Positions 11,789 to 52,400 of a stretch of 64,000 bases of DNA are shown here, piece by piece. The stretch is taken from the NCBI RefSeq assembly GCF_964355755.1, contig NC_092673.1, positions 22,999,648 through 23,063,647 of the forward strand. The letters run 5' to 3'. A program made the position numbers and the translations under genes. Origin of the DNA: Antedon mediterranea. Taxonomy: Eukaryota > Animalia > Echinodermata. Position 1 is the first letter of the stretch. Each line of letters opens with the position of its first letter. The notes under the pieces are model-generated. The model was given only the letters and a program-made list of their open reading frames with translations, made no database searches and had not been told where the DNA came from.

Positions 11789-12467
11789 TAATACAGAAAT
11801 ACGCAGTCTTTGTGTGTGACTGTGTGTAGGTTAGACACGGGTCGCTAAATATGAGTGTAGGCCTACAATTTCTTATTTAGCACGAAAATAAAAATATTGA
11901 AGTTAAATAAAAACAAAAAATGTAATATTCAAGTTTGACAGTTCTTTTATTAAAAAAAAATTTAACATAAGGAAAACTATCGATATGTAATTGTGATCAC
12001 TGTTGGGCCTATTAGTACAGGGTATGTGTTCAAAGTAGGGCCTAAAACTAAGATCAGCATGTCCAAATTGCACTATTTAACCGAAAAGACAAAAGGTCCC
12101 TAATTATATCGCTATGGTGACGCACAATCACCTTGAATTCGGTCAAATTGGTCATCGAATATTATAATTATATTGAACTTTATCTTGTGAAACATGCTGC
12201 TTACGGCTGAAACAACAATTGGAATTGCCAAGGTATGTTCGTACAGTCAGTGTTAGATTTACCCAGGTCGAATTTGTACAGATGTGTGGGGACACACAAA
12301 GCTTTTAAGTAGCCTAAACGGATTAACAGGTCTTAGAGAAGTTGTTTTATTCCTGATTTGTTTTGTGCGAATAAGGGCACAATGGTTGGGGATTACCATA
12401 CAAGAATAAATGATGTATTCTTTCTAATATTGTACGTTAACCGTCAGCCCCCCAATTCATGATTGTA

Positions 12468-12610
12468 GTGAGGAAGAGTTAGGGTTTCTCGAAAAAGTTT
12501 CTGGCTGTTTTACTGTATTTTGATTTAGCTTTTTGCTTATTTATTTGTTCACTGAGATCCAGCCACTGATACCCGTAGAATGTCATTTGTCATAGTTACA
12601 GTATTTGCCT
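12468..12610 (+). mobile_element. Penelope-like terminal-repeat remnant (copy of 27921-28072, inverted)
   Basis: Shares gagatccagccactgataccc and ttctggctgttttact with the reverse complement of 27921-28072. Carries a degenerate TGAGGA..GAG/CTC..GAAA motif. Confidence 0.55.
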
Positions 12611-15600
12611 CGTTATATATATTGTAATATATTGTATTGTATAGACCTGTTATCACATTCATCAAAAAGTAACCCAAATTTAAGATATTAGCTTGTTATT
12701 GACATTACAAAATTTGAGCAATAAAACAAAGCTCTATTCAAATATGCCTATTCCATGTCTTGTTTGGAAACATACAATAGAGCACCGTACTATTATTAAT
12801 CAATGTTTAATAAATACATACCAGACACTGTGGCAGGTTGCATTTATCGGTATGCAGGATTGTTCAATCAATTGATTTAGTTACCAGTATTAGTGTAGGT
12901 TTTATCTGATATTTACAGAAGCACAAAATCACACCAATCAATCGTTGTTTACGCAAGCCGCGTTTAGCCATGTTCAGAATATGTATAATAATTAGCAGCA
13001 TTAATATGTAGGCTAGCAGCATAGTCTGTATGCCTTTGAGAAGTAATAAATAAAGCATAATAAAGAAATGATTAGGCTATACCCTTAATCCTATCAAGTA
13101 TCATAGACCATTTAGTAATTGTTATCGAATAAGACCAGCTCGTTCCATGCCACAGTGCTCATCTTCCCCATGAAAGAACAATTCTATAAGCTTTATTTGT
13201 ATACAAAAAGGTAGTCCTAATGCCAATGTGTGGGACAGGTAGGCCTAGTAGTGCCTCTTAATGTCTTGTTATAGACCTACGCATATTTGAAGATCAGTAG
13301 ACCTCGCACTTTGCAAATATATTATTACTTTCATTTTGACAAATAGGCTTCTGTTAGGCCTATATCCTAATGCACAATCTTTAATATTGTTATATTATTA
13401 TTTATCCCTGATAAATAATAGAGTATTTAAGCACATGGTTAAAAATACTTCACAATTGCCTTTGGTGTAGACCTACTTGCTTAACCTACTCTTAGCCAGC
13501 CAGCTATCGAAAAAAATAATACTCACCAGTAATAAATATGCAAAAATTGGGTTATGTTCCTGAGTAGACCTAATCGAAATTCCAAGAAATGTTCCAGGTC
13601 CTAGACTACTAACTCGTGTTTACATCGAACGGACGTGGTAAACGTGCATTTTAACTCATTGTAGTAATTCTATCCCAAATGGCATACCGTACTGTATTAT
13701 TACTGTCTTGACTGACAGATGACACTGACTTGTACACCTTTTGTATAAACTGGTTCAGCCAATCGCTTGATCGCAAAAGCGAACATTAGCTCCGTGCGGA
13801 TAGCAGAACCCATCGGATATAATTCGCATTGATCTATCCAGGGAGTTGTTATTAGACAACTCCCTGATCTATCTAACAATCTCATGTGGAAGCTATGTCA
13901 CTATTCCATGATTTATGATATTATTAATACAAACAGGTAATTCCCATAGGGACTGGTAGTAGGTGTTAATGTACCCATAACGCTCAGATGCACCAAGTTC
14001 GTACGAATTCATAATATATCGTAATAACATCAATTTACGATAGCTAACAAGGAAATCATTATAATAACGGCCACAGAGGCCCTATTTTAGGAAAATGCTA
14101 GTGGAGGAGGCCCCTTCAAGATTTGTTCTTCAATACAACAAAAATATTAGAAAAATAAGCCTTATTTTTTGTTCGAGGGCTAACATTCCTTGAATAGTAA
14201 GGCTATACATAAAATAGTTTTTTCGTTTACTTGTAATTTCAAAGCAAAACCTTTCTTACAAAGTGCAGATATTGAAAATACAGAGATAGTGCATTCGTTT
14301 GACGTCACACATCCATTGTTAAAATATTATGTTATGTTTAAATAAAAAGCAAGTTGTGATATTTCTTTGGAAAAGGAAACAAAAATACCACCGGGTCTCA
14401 TTGCTTTAGACGTTTTATACAAAAACACTTTATTGGTGTGTTTACACGGAATTCATAACTCACGGGAGACTCCAATAGACGATTTATAACGTCAGAATGA
14501 CGTTTGTCGTTTTAACAAACATCTCTCTTAAAATGTAAGAGAGAGGATTAGAGGTTGAAACACAGAAAAAGGTTATGAAATTACTGTGCCGTAATGTTAC
14601 GATGTACGCCTATTAACTATTCTGTAAAGACAATGATGCCAACAATTTTCTTTTCTTCATAATTGTGTACCCCGTGTATGGAGGGCTTCATACATGTTCC
14701 TATGCTGTTTTGAGTTATACAAAGGACAACATACAATAAATAGAACAAAGGACGTAGAAAAATAATGCGTTTTCAAACCGCGCAGGACAGTGACAAATAT
14801 TCTGTTTTCTAATTCATGTGCTTCATTGACTTGTACTTCGTCTCTTCATGAAATGTGATGAAACCGAAATATATCTGCCCTTATGAATGTTGATACACAG
14901 GAATTCTTTAAATACACATTTTATTTCTTTAATTTATTTTTAATATCAATTCAAACAAAATTCATAATGTATACAACTGGTACACATTGTCTTCGCACTA
15001 ATGATGACCAAAACCTAAATTTAGCCTAAATTATATTTTACAAAAACAAATATCTTTGTATACATTAAAACATTTACATGAACCATTTTTATTTAAAAAC
15101 AGAATGATAGCTAATATTTTAAATATTATCCTACAGTTACTGTACAAGATAGTTTAAACAGTCTTCATACTATTTGTACTGTATCATAGGCACATTCTGT
15201 GATACGGTGTCACACATGTATCACGCTTGTGTCATAGGCCACAATCATAATTTAAAATTAGCATACAGACGTCACATGTGATGCATATGTGAAACTGTAT
15301 TACAGAATTGTCATATAATACTGGACAATGTTACGTAACCCGATTTTGCAACAACAAATTGTTTCACAAAATTTAGGAACAGAATATAGTATATAGAAAT
15401 GAAATAGCAGATTAGACTTGGGCGCTTACAATTCAATTATTTACAGTTTATTTGATTTTGACAGTTGATAACCCTTTTTTCATTCATGTACAGGCTTAGC
15501 ACCTTGTTTAGTCCTATGTTTCAAACTGAGAGGGCAGTGAACATTATTGAATAAGGAATAAGGAATAAATGTATTTATTATTTAATTTCTGCCATATTCA

Positions 15601-15892
15601 ATACAAAGAAAAAGACAAAACAAAATATAAAAGGCAAGACCAAACAGGTGCTAAACACCTATGCCAGTTGGTCTGTAAAATAAACTGTACAATGAACCCA
15701 TTTTTTCATGATTTTAAGAAAAATTAAATACAGAACACCTCCTTTGGGTCACCCCTACTCAGGGGACATCCCCATTTAGGAGACACTTTCCTTTGAAACA
15801 AACATGGGGAAGTATATGTTTTAACACTACAAACAACCCCATTCAAAGGACAGCCCTATTAATGAACTCCTGGTTCTGAAGGTGTCCCCTAA

Positions 15893-16071
15893 AGCTTGGT
15901 TCCCACTAGAACGTAACGCAAGGACGTAAACGCAACGCAGGAGTTTTAACCAATGACAAGCGAAGTTATAGACAGTTAGCAAGCACAAGCGAATAAGCTA
16001 TCGCTTGTGATTGGTCAATTCACTTGCGTTGCGTTACGTCCTTGCGTAGCGTCACTAGTGGGAACCACGCT
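15893..16071. mobile_element. Second near-identical Harbinger-like MITE, nested in another repeat (~15710-16100)
   Basis: Near-identical to 11610-11788; interrupts gtgtcccct/aataggggtt. Confidence 0.85.
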
Positions 16072-16212
16072 TTAATAGGGGTTTTACAAGTCATACTATA
16101 CTGTGAAATGAACATTTTTTTCAGAATAGGAAGAACATGTTTACGATCAAGGGTTGGCAGTAAAATTATTACTATTATAAAATGAAGAACTTGAATGTAA
16201 ATGTTCTTAAGA

Positions 16213-21613
<5,401 letters not shown>

Positions 21614-22599
21614 AACAGGTTTTCCCTACAAAAAGAATTTAATAAATTGTTTGTTTTTGTTTACTGTAGCTCAGTTGAGTATGAACTATAATCAAATAAA
21701 TGAATTCTATAAATAAAATAGTTACTAAAACAAAATGTAAAACAAGGAATTTATTCATTAATATACAAAACTTTGTATATTTCAAGACTGATCTATTTTC
21801 TCAACAAAATAATTTTGCAAATCTGTAAGAGGGGTAATAACTTCAATCAGTTCTTTAGATCAAAAGCAAAAACGTCCTCTATAAATGGAGTAAGTTAAAC
21901 AAGTAAATAACTCCAATTATATTGTTAATGTTGCACGTTTGTGGCATGAAACACCAGGAATAGGCCAAGCTGTCACTGCATAGCCGTGGTGCCACACCTC
22001 TGTTCTGTGCTAATGAGGCTAATAAGGTTGTTGTATGTTGTGGCACATTTTTTTGGCTGGGGAGCCTAGCTAGGATTAATTATAAAAGTTAAAACTTTTA
22101 TTTAATTAATTAATAATATTAATAATCATTTATTAATTAATAATATCAAATGTCACTTCCCATTTCAAAATTTAGAGTAGGCCTTGAATATCTATAAATA
22201 ATTGACCATGGCAATTTTCAAACAACAGTAAATCAACAACATAGACCAGCACCGACTCGGTCAGTAGTAGGCTTAGGCCCTATAGTTTTAGGCCTAGGCC
22301 TAAACACGGAGAGTAAACCCAGGTTCAAGCCGGTTGCAAAACGCAGAACAACGCCAGCTCTTTTTTAGCAGGCGGGAAAGAACGCTATCGGACTTGCTTG
22401 GCTCAAACTAACTGACAACAAAAGTGTGCAATGTACTTACTTGATGTCAAATTCCACTATAATTACATACCTTTACTTAAGCTACAATATCTGAGCATCT
22501 GCTCAGGTTTTTCTGAATCAAATTATGCTTTTTACTGTCCTTGTACACTCAGTAACAAAAGAAATATCCTAAAATCTAATTTCGGCATGCGCTGAATAA

Positions 22600-23807
22600 A
22601 ATTGAAGTGCGCCCTCAATTACATTTAGTACATAGTACTCTGTATGCGTTTTTATCCTTTAACTTTTTAATTTTAAACTTTTATATCTGTTTGTTATCGT
22701 AGGCTGTAAGTAGGCCTACATCTTTGTTGTCTTCTTCAAATTAAGAATTGAACATTAATTCATTGTAATGATTATTATTTTTTAGCCATTACATCAATAT
22801 AGCTATGACTTAGAAAACGGCGCTTTAACCCGTTGATTTAAGCATGGATTAAAATTTAAAAATTCCTTAATAAAATTTAGCAACTGTTGATATAGCACTT
22901 TTAGCAGTATTAATGGCACTGTAACCTATCCCACTGAGTAAAGATAAAAAAGACAAAACGTTTTTTATATTTGGTGCACCGGATTAATTTGGACTTAAAT
23001 CAACGGGTTAAAGCGCCGTTTTCTAAACTTTGAATTTAGCGGTCGGTACAATATATATTTTAACATAATGTACATGATTCATGAAGGCTCAAACATTATT
23101 ATACCTCTATGGTCTAGCATTTCAGATGTATTTTTTTAAATAAGAAAACCATGAATATGAAGTGACAAAATAGAAGCCCTATATGAAAATTAAATATTAT
23201 TATCCATTTAACATTTAATTCTAACAATGTTTTATAATTATTAATATATTATATTTATTATCATAATGGACTGTAATCTATATATCATCATTGATATAAC
23301 TTTTACAAATTATTAATTAGGGCCTTCTCATCGAGCCTATTATTACTGCAGTAAGGCCTACTGAATACAGTAATTATAAATAAAATGTTTCCGCTCTACA
23401 AAGGAACTTAGTAATTGTCAGCTGACGTTAATTGACCAATCAGACAAAGAGGATGCTAGCTGACGTTGAAGTAGAATTTCATCATTTGCAGTGTCGTTTT
23501 AGGTGTGACGCCACAGTAAATTTGTTAGTGGTACCTTTTAGTTGGACACTTTGCTGTCACCAAAATGCAATATATTGATTCACAAATACTCATGTGAACC
23601 TATGATAATACCATTGCCTCAAAAAGTAAGTTAAAATCACAAATAAATGGAAAATAATGCAACGATAAGTTGCAAAACGTAAACCATGTGACCGCCCTCA
23701 ACCAATCACAATATTGTATTTTTTTTAATAAAAGATTTCTTATACTGCTGGTCCGCCATTGCCGTTGATCGGAAGCTCAGGGTGTATAAAGAAATCCGAA
23801 TTTTGGA
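22600..23807. promoter_or_regulatory. Divergent promoter region between WDR5 and the BET gene
   Basis: Head-to-head 5' ends ~1.2 kb apart. CCAAT boxes at ~23436 and ~23702, CRE-like TGACG sites, and YY1-like CCGCCATT at 23753-23760. Confidence 0.65.
22810..23025. mobile_element. Palindromic MITE in the divergent promoter
   Basis: ~33-bp TIR ttagaaaacggcgctttaacccgttgatttaag / cttaaatcaacgggttaaagcgccgttttctaa. Confidence 0.8.
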
Positions 23808-44671
<20,864 letters not shown>

Positions 44672-47600
44672 TTTCATTCGTTGCTGCTCAATATTTTCAT
44701 GGAAAAATTTGAATCATAACATTATTATATGGCTGAAAACACAATGATTTGGATGGAGAATGATATGTATGAATGTAAAGAAATGGTTCTGTGTGTATTA
44801 TTGACACCCAGGGGAGAATATTCCCGTGCTGAGGGTGTCCGTTCCTGTCACAACATTGTCATGCGATCAAAATGTCTTTCACAAAGGTGCTTATCACAAG
44901 GAATCAATACTAAGAAAGGATTTGTCGGAATATTGAGAAACCTGGTTTGATTGATAAAACCGTTATTAAACTGTCCACGCATCCAAGTGCGCGTACATTC
45001 TGTCGTGAACACTATTGCGTGAAACATGTTTCTAGCATTATGGGCTATGTGGAATAAACGAGCTAAAGACAATACTATTCCAGAAAGCATTACCGTTGAG
45101 AATGGATAACTTAAAATAAAACACTAGATACTTACAAAGGTGATTTACCTTTCAGTCAGTAATTTTATGATTGGTATATATGATCAGTGGGTATTTGTTT
45201 GACTTTTGACCTTTCCTTTCCAGTCTCAACAGGTATAATGTGTTTGAAACTTTATATTATAACAAAACCACTAATGGATTTTTTTTATAGTATTATAAAT
45301 AAATCCATGACACTATTTATAAAATGTGCACTGTCAGAAAATAAAATAAATTAAACTTCATAAAATATATATAATATAGCTGCCTTAATTTGTAAATGAT
45401 TACCTTTTATTTAGCTGACAAATGAACCAAGTTTGTGGTATAGGACAAATTTACAATTCTTCCATCACAATTAAGTTATTTTTGTGAATGATTTTTAAAC
45501 CTAGAAAGAAGCCTTAGAAAATAATGTAAGTTTTAAATGGGATGCATAATTTGAATCTTTGATTCTAAAGTATTTTTCTTATATTCTGAAACATATTTTC
45601 AAAATTCATATTAAACTTGGGACAAAAGTTATAAAATTAAACACCTCTACAACTTTACGTCTGTTTTAAATCACCTTGATATCAATAACCCCAATCCATA
45701 ACAAATCTTGATAATTAATATCAATAATTAACTAATGCTCTGTATGCACTATCAAACTAGTTTTACAAAGTGCGATATGCCTATATATGGACATGATGAT
45801 GTCGTATCACTAACATATGTGGACATATCACTACCATATTTGGGCAGATCATGCTTTGTCAAATTAGTTTGATAGTATAGACAGAGCTTAACTTCTCTAT
45901 CTCAGTCCTGTAAATTTTTTTTTGTATTTTGTAATTTTTCAGTTATTTTTTAATAAACAATTTTGTTTAACTTTTTGTAACAGAGAGAAATAAAATATAA
46001 TTAAAAATGAATAAAAATAAAATCTATGTAAAAAAATAGAAAAATCCAGAAAAAAAGGACTTGTTTTTGTTTTTATTTATCTTCTATGGTATTAATGTTG
46101 ATGTTTGTGTAGACGTTATTCTAACAGAATGGTGGTAGAATGTAATGTGGTATATTGTAAATCATAAATAGCTTTTTAAATTCACACATTAAAGTTGTGT
46201 AGGGATTGTTCACTCTATAATTTCATATTTGCGTTAAAAAGTAATATATATCTAAATTCTAAAATATAGTTTGCTGGTTTATTTTGACAAACCATCTTTT
46301 AATAAATCCGATACTTCTCAATTGTTAATATTTATTATATCAGTCTTTATATGAATGGAATCAGAACTATCGTCCAAAGATTCTTGTGTGGAAATGTCAG
46401 ACACTATGGTTTAATATTATAATTACAATAAAAAAAAAATGCTTCATCTCTCTGATGGAAGTTTAGTTGCATTGCTAGAGTCCTAAAATTTATTATAATA
46501 ATCTGGAAAATGTTGGCTTTGTACAATCTAGCATGCTTTATAAATAGTTAAAATTTTAAATAGATTACGAATAGAGATAGGTACTTGCCCATAAGGCGAC
46601 GTCACATACATGATTGTATAAATAGAAAAGTTTGAAATTACACTATATATAGAGAAAAATAACTTTTTATTTAATTGTAAATAATATGATTGGGAACATA
46701 TCTGATGAGACATGATTAACATATGAACGTGTATATTTTAACACTTTGTTGGTTATGCGACGTTTTTTAGTGTCTTGCGTACTACATTGTGTTATACTGT
46801 AACAGTTCAAAATAAAGCAATTTTCCACATGATTTAATAGACAAAATGTAAATGTAATATTTTGATTGCCATAATATGTCCATATGTAGTCATAATATGA
46901 CCATATATGTCATAGTAACTACATAGGACATACTATGACCATATATGTCATAATAGATTTATATAGTCGTAATTATTATCATATAAGATCAGAATATTCC
47001 CAGTATCAACAAGTTTTTCAACCCCCGGTGGCGGCCCATTATTTAAGAATTGGGAATCTATAATTAGAATTCAAATATTCAGAGATAGATTTTGTGTACT
47101 GTAATTAAAGGTGTGTGTGTATGTGACATGTTTATGTCTTATACCCACTTTAAGCAGTTGTTTGTTTGATTAATGCGGTTTAGCAAAAAAAGTGTTTTGT
47201 TTTTTAATTTAAGGTACTTTGCTATACTTATAACAATATGTAATACATAACTATATATATAACTATTAGTTAAAGTTATTTCAGCTTTGGAGATTTGTCA
47301 TGAAATATGTATTGCTGTAGTTAGTATCTTGGAAAAATTTGATCTGCATCAATATTTTATTTCGGTCATCTACTAGTATTATATAATAAATATGGGAAAA
47401 GTTCAATAAGAGAGAGAGAGAGTACCATCACCATGGTTGAGGTTTAAACGAAAATCCAATTGCTTTATTAGGCATTGTATTTTGCTATTTTTCAAATAAA
47501 TTTTGGACTTTTGAATATACAGTAGTAATTGGATAAACAATATAAAAGTTTAGTTCTTATTTGATTAATAGTTTAAATTAAAGTGTTTTTTATTTTGGTC

Positions 47601-49432
47601 AATTAGAGGTTTCAATTGTATTTATTGATCTTTAACTACAGTATTTAGGTAGAATTGGTATTCAATTGGTCTTTAATTAGAGGTATTTTTAAATTGAAGT
47701 TTAATATTCAAATGTAAAATAGTGAATATCATACTATACTCTATTTTTGTTTTAAATTTTATTTTTCACTTTCTGGATATTATAAGTAAACACATAAAAA
47801 ACATTTTTCATTTTTATAGTAGTAAAAGTAGAGATATTTTGTATATGGTTTTTAATAAAAACTTATTTTATAAGTTTATAAGGCCCACTTATCTTACTGA
47901 AAATGACAATGTGACACACTGAAATTGCGAACAAAAGGCTTGTTGGTTATTTACCTGGATAAGTTGGTTCCATAGGCACAACTATGCTGGATAGGAACCA
48001 ACTTACCTAGGTAAATAAGTCACCCTTAATAAGCCCATAGGTAAATACTTGACAAAAACAAAATGCTTTAGTACTCAAACTGAAGGGAAAAGTCATGCAA
48101 ACTATTTGTGATTGAACAATTGTTTGTATCTGAATTTCCACACCTAGTGAATGATAAATGATAAAACAAATATTCATTTTCAGTCAATTGTTTTAAACTT
48201 AATTATTTAAAGTAAAAATAATTATTTTTGGGGGACGATTTGTTGACTTGGCTCAGCACTGGTGAGATAAAAATACATTAGCTGAAAGTTGTTTAGTTGT
48301 GCCAATGCACATGTCTCTTGCCATTGTCTTATTGGTATGAGTGGTCCCGATCATTGATATACGAAACATTGATGACTATTAATGGGATGGGTGTATTAAA
48401 TAATTTGTTTTTGTAATTTAAATTTAAGCAATATCAGTGGAAAGAATTAGTTTGTAGTCAATACTTAAAAAATGGCCTAATTAGTTATTGATAAATACAC
48501 TACTGGGCTATCTTAGTAAACAGAATGTCATTAAACTATTTTCATACCAAAAAAAGTAAAATATAAGAAAAGCAACAAAAAAAAAAAAAATGTGTTTGAT
48601 ATCTTCATATGTTAATTATTTTGTTATGTATGTAATATTGCTTGTTGTACACAAATCAATAGAAGTGTCATGTGATTGTTTTTCTGTTTTGTGATTTGTT
48701 CAATATGAGTGGGTGTGGCTAATTACTTGACTATGTTAATGATATTCATGTTGAACGTTATTTTCTGTAGGCGATATAGTATTAAAATTATAGTACGTTG
48801 ACATGTTTGAAATACAAGAAAGTTGTCTATAATATTTACAATAAAATACTTCAAAAAATGTATGACTCATGTTTGTACTGTAAAGTCTTTTACAAGGTCT
48901 TTTACAAATGAAATGAGGGATTCCAAATTAAAACTTGGTTCCCACTAGGATGCAACCCAAGGATGTAAGGGCAACCCAAATAATTTGACCAATCAGGACG
49001 TGATAAATGATGATCCAGCATGTGTTGATTGGTCAAAATAAATGTTGTGCTGCTTATGATAGTTATATGAGTTTCGAGACATGTTTCATTATTATTTTTT
49101 TAATCCAGATTATCAACAATGCAACTACTAAGGTACCATTCATTAAAAAGGCATAATTCTACCTCTACTTAAATCAGTTAGTAAAATATTATATTTTTCA
49201 TTTATTTTTTACTAGAAAAAACAAGTAAAGTTACAAGTATAAAACAAGTTAACATTTCTGGAGACATGTAAAGCAGTTGGCAGCAAATTTTGATATAGGG
49301 CCTATAGTATTTGTTAGGAAAAAAAACTTTCAAAAAGTTTATTTTCCTAGTCACGTGGCAAATTATAATACATTGTGATTGGTTAGTTAATAATATGACG
49401 TTTAATACGCGCTAACTTTAACCTCATTCAAT

Positions 49433-52400
49433 ATGGCGCTTTTGTTGAGGAAAACGTGGATTTTTTCAGCGATCATAACATTAATAATATTTGTTAATGG
49501 TAAAGATTTCTGTAGTTTCTTTTGCCTGTAAATAAATGCGGCGCCAATAAATGCATGCTTTTTAATACCCACTGATCAAGAAAGTGATGTAAATAAGATA
49601 GTTTTAGGCATAGCCTAGGCCTAGGCCTAGCTAGGCTAAATGCTACATCGTCATCATACATGATGATGAGATCGCCGACGATGATGGTGAGGCTGCTGGC
49701 ATTTAAACCACCAGCTAGCCTTATGATGATAGATAGATCTACTTAGTTAGGCTAGGCCCAAGTAGTAGCAAGGCTGAGGAGATGGTACTTTTATCTTAAT
49801 GTTTGGTTTTGGTGTATAAAACAATATAAAAATTGATATTTTGGAATCTGCTAAAAAAAAGTAAATTTGTGTAAAAAACATCTTTAAATAAAGATTAGGC
49901 ATTGGCCCATTGATTGGCCTAGGCTTGGCCTATATTTATTGTCCCCTTAAAAAAAATATTTCTCTTCAAATTTTTTGTTGAATATGCCATCTTAATGCCA
50001 CGTAATAGTTATTCACTTTTAGTTACCCCCCTTTTACCAAAATCTGGATCGAAAATTTACCGTAACCTTAAAAAAAAATGTATTTTAGTTTTTACTGCAA
50101 AAAATACTTAAATTGTCTCTCTTGTTTCACCGCGTCTAGCATTCTATTTTGGTTATTCAAGCACTTTTTAAACAGCACTTTTATTTTAAAGAATGTGTGT
50201 GGTGTAGCAATGATTATAACCTATTGAGAGATGAACCACTTCAGCTTGTCAAGCCAGATATCCAACATAAGCAGTTGATTTTGAATCATGATTATGTCAA
50301 GGTACAGTACAGTTAGGGTAAACATTACAAAATCAGCACTGTGGTCATGTTAATGTTATAAAAGTTGTAAAAACAATATAAATTATCTGATAAACTCCTA
50401 GAATGTAGGAAGCCTTTTGGCATTTCACTACGATAAAAGGGATTCCAACCATGCTAAAAAACAAACCCAAACCGAAGTAAGGGGATACTTATATTTTGAA
50501 CGGCCTGACTGTCTAAGTGTTTTTAAAAACTATGGTCATTTCATGCCATCCTTTATGACTATTGAATAAGATGAAAAGTAGTAATAAATCATTCATATCT
50601 CAACAGACATTGTATCAGATAGAAGGACCAGTTGCAGTGGCTGCCATTGTTGGAAAGTATCATTCTGGCAAATCTTTTCTTCTCAACCAGCTAATGGGCA
50701 AACGTCAGGGCTTTGGGTTTAATATAGGACCCTTTGTCAAGCCAGAAACTATGGGAATTTGGATGTGGGGAAAGGTAAGTTCTGTTTTATATTCACAGGG
50801 GTCACATTTTAGCGTTAGTCCATGTTCCTAATACTGGTACTGGTTCAAATAACCCCCGGGGGGTCACTTGTATATAAACCAAAAGGGGGTGGGGAGGGGC
50901 AGCAGCCACTTCCAGACATGAGGCACTTGCGCTACCTGTTTACTGAAAAATACTACGGACTTGAACTACCATTTACCAAAATAAAAGACGGCAGAAACAA
51001 GGCCACGCCAGAGAGGGCGCAATATTTGTACTGGTTCCCGGCATGATTTGCGCATGGCCAAAGAGACCGTTCATGGCAAAATCACGAACGTGTTTTGACA
51101 AGTTTATCGCGCGTCCGCGGTGCATGACGACGATGATCAAGAGTGGTCACAGTTGAATGATTTTGTCCTAGGCTATGTTTCGTCTTCTTCTGCTGATGCG
51201 AAAACTCTAGGCCTATTCAAAGGTATTTAGCGATGGGCTTATATAGCCGGACTTATAGCATCCAGTATGCTAAAATACCTGCAAAATTTTGCGATAAATC
51301 ATGACATTTTGACACGGGTGGGCGGGCCATTGACTTAAACTACTAATTTCACCCTGTCATTTCCCACACTTGTGCTACCAACTCTCCATATTTTCCCACA
51401 CTTGTGCTACCAGGCCCTCGAAAATATACCCGTAAATGCGGCACCTCCCCGTATTGAAATATTTAAGAGTGACCCCCCCCCCCCCTCCCAAGGAAATAAC
51501 CGTCTCACAGAGACATCTGGTAGCCATTGACTTAAAGTTAAAAATGATTTTAATTATTTCTTCTCTGCTGTCGTGACCCCTTCTGTAAAACTGTACTCAA
51601 GTCAAAGCATTTACCGTGATCAGCTATCATACCTTAATCTTTTTGAAGAGTGTACTAATGTTTTAATGTCTTAGGATAATTAGAGATGTCTTAATGATAA
51701 AATGATTTGAATTATTTCTTCTCTGCTATGGTGACCCCTTCTGTAAAACTGTACTCAAGTCAAAGCATTTACCATGATCAGCTGTCATACCCTAATCTTT
51801 TTGAAGAGTGTACCAATGTCTTTATCATGAAAGTGTGCAATATATGTACTGTATATACACCGGACCAACGACTTTACATCTGATCCAAAGGAAAAGACAG
51901 TGAGAGTAAAAAATGATGATAACCTCTAATATGTTAGTCTGTCAGATACTGCTTAACCCATAATGAGGAAGGGTTTTTATAAGACAAATTTTGTATTACA
52001 GAATATGTCAATGGTTCTTGAACTTGAATACTTTGTAATTGTAATTACCATAGAGTTCTGCGGTGTGACGTCACAACGATAGATGGCACTGCGTGGTTGC
52101 TAGCCAACCAAAAAATGCATTCAATGCTACTATGTTAATAAACTATATAGATCTGTATTTCTATCAAATTATGTATCTTAGCTTTTTTTTTAACTGATCT
52201 TTTGAAATTTTAGTTTGTTTTTATTGAAAATTATTAAGTTTTAAAATGAATACTTCAATAAGCCTATTCCAAACCATTGGTGACCTTGGAGTCACTCAGA
52301 CAGGTTGAAAGCATTTTTTAATTGGCTAGCAACCATGGAGCAACGCGTCGTGACGTCAGCACCGCAGAACTCTATTCATTCAATGCATCTCAATAATATT

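Noticed and set aside
12214-12237. Possible first exon MLLTAETTIGIAK|GTATGT
   Set aside because: No convincing downstream exon chain found.
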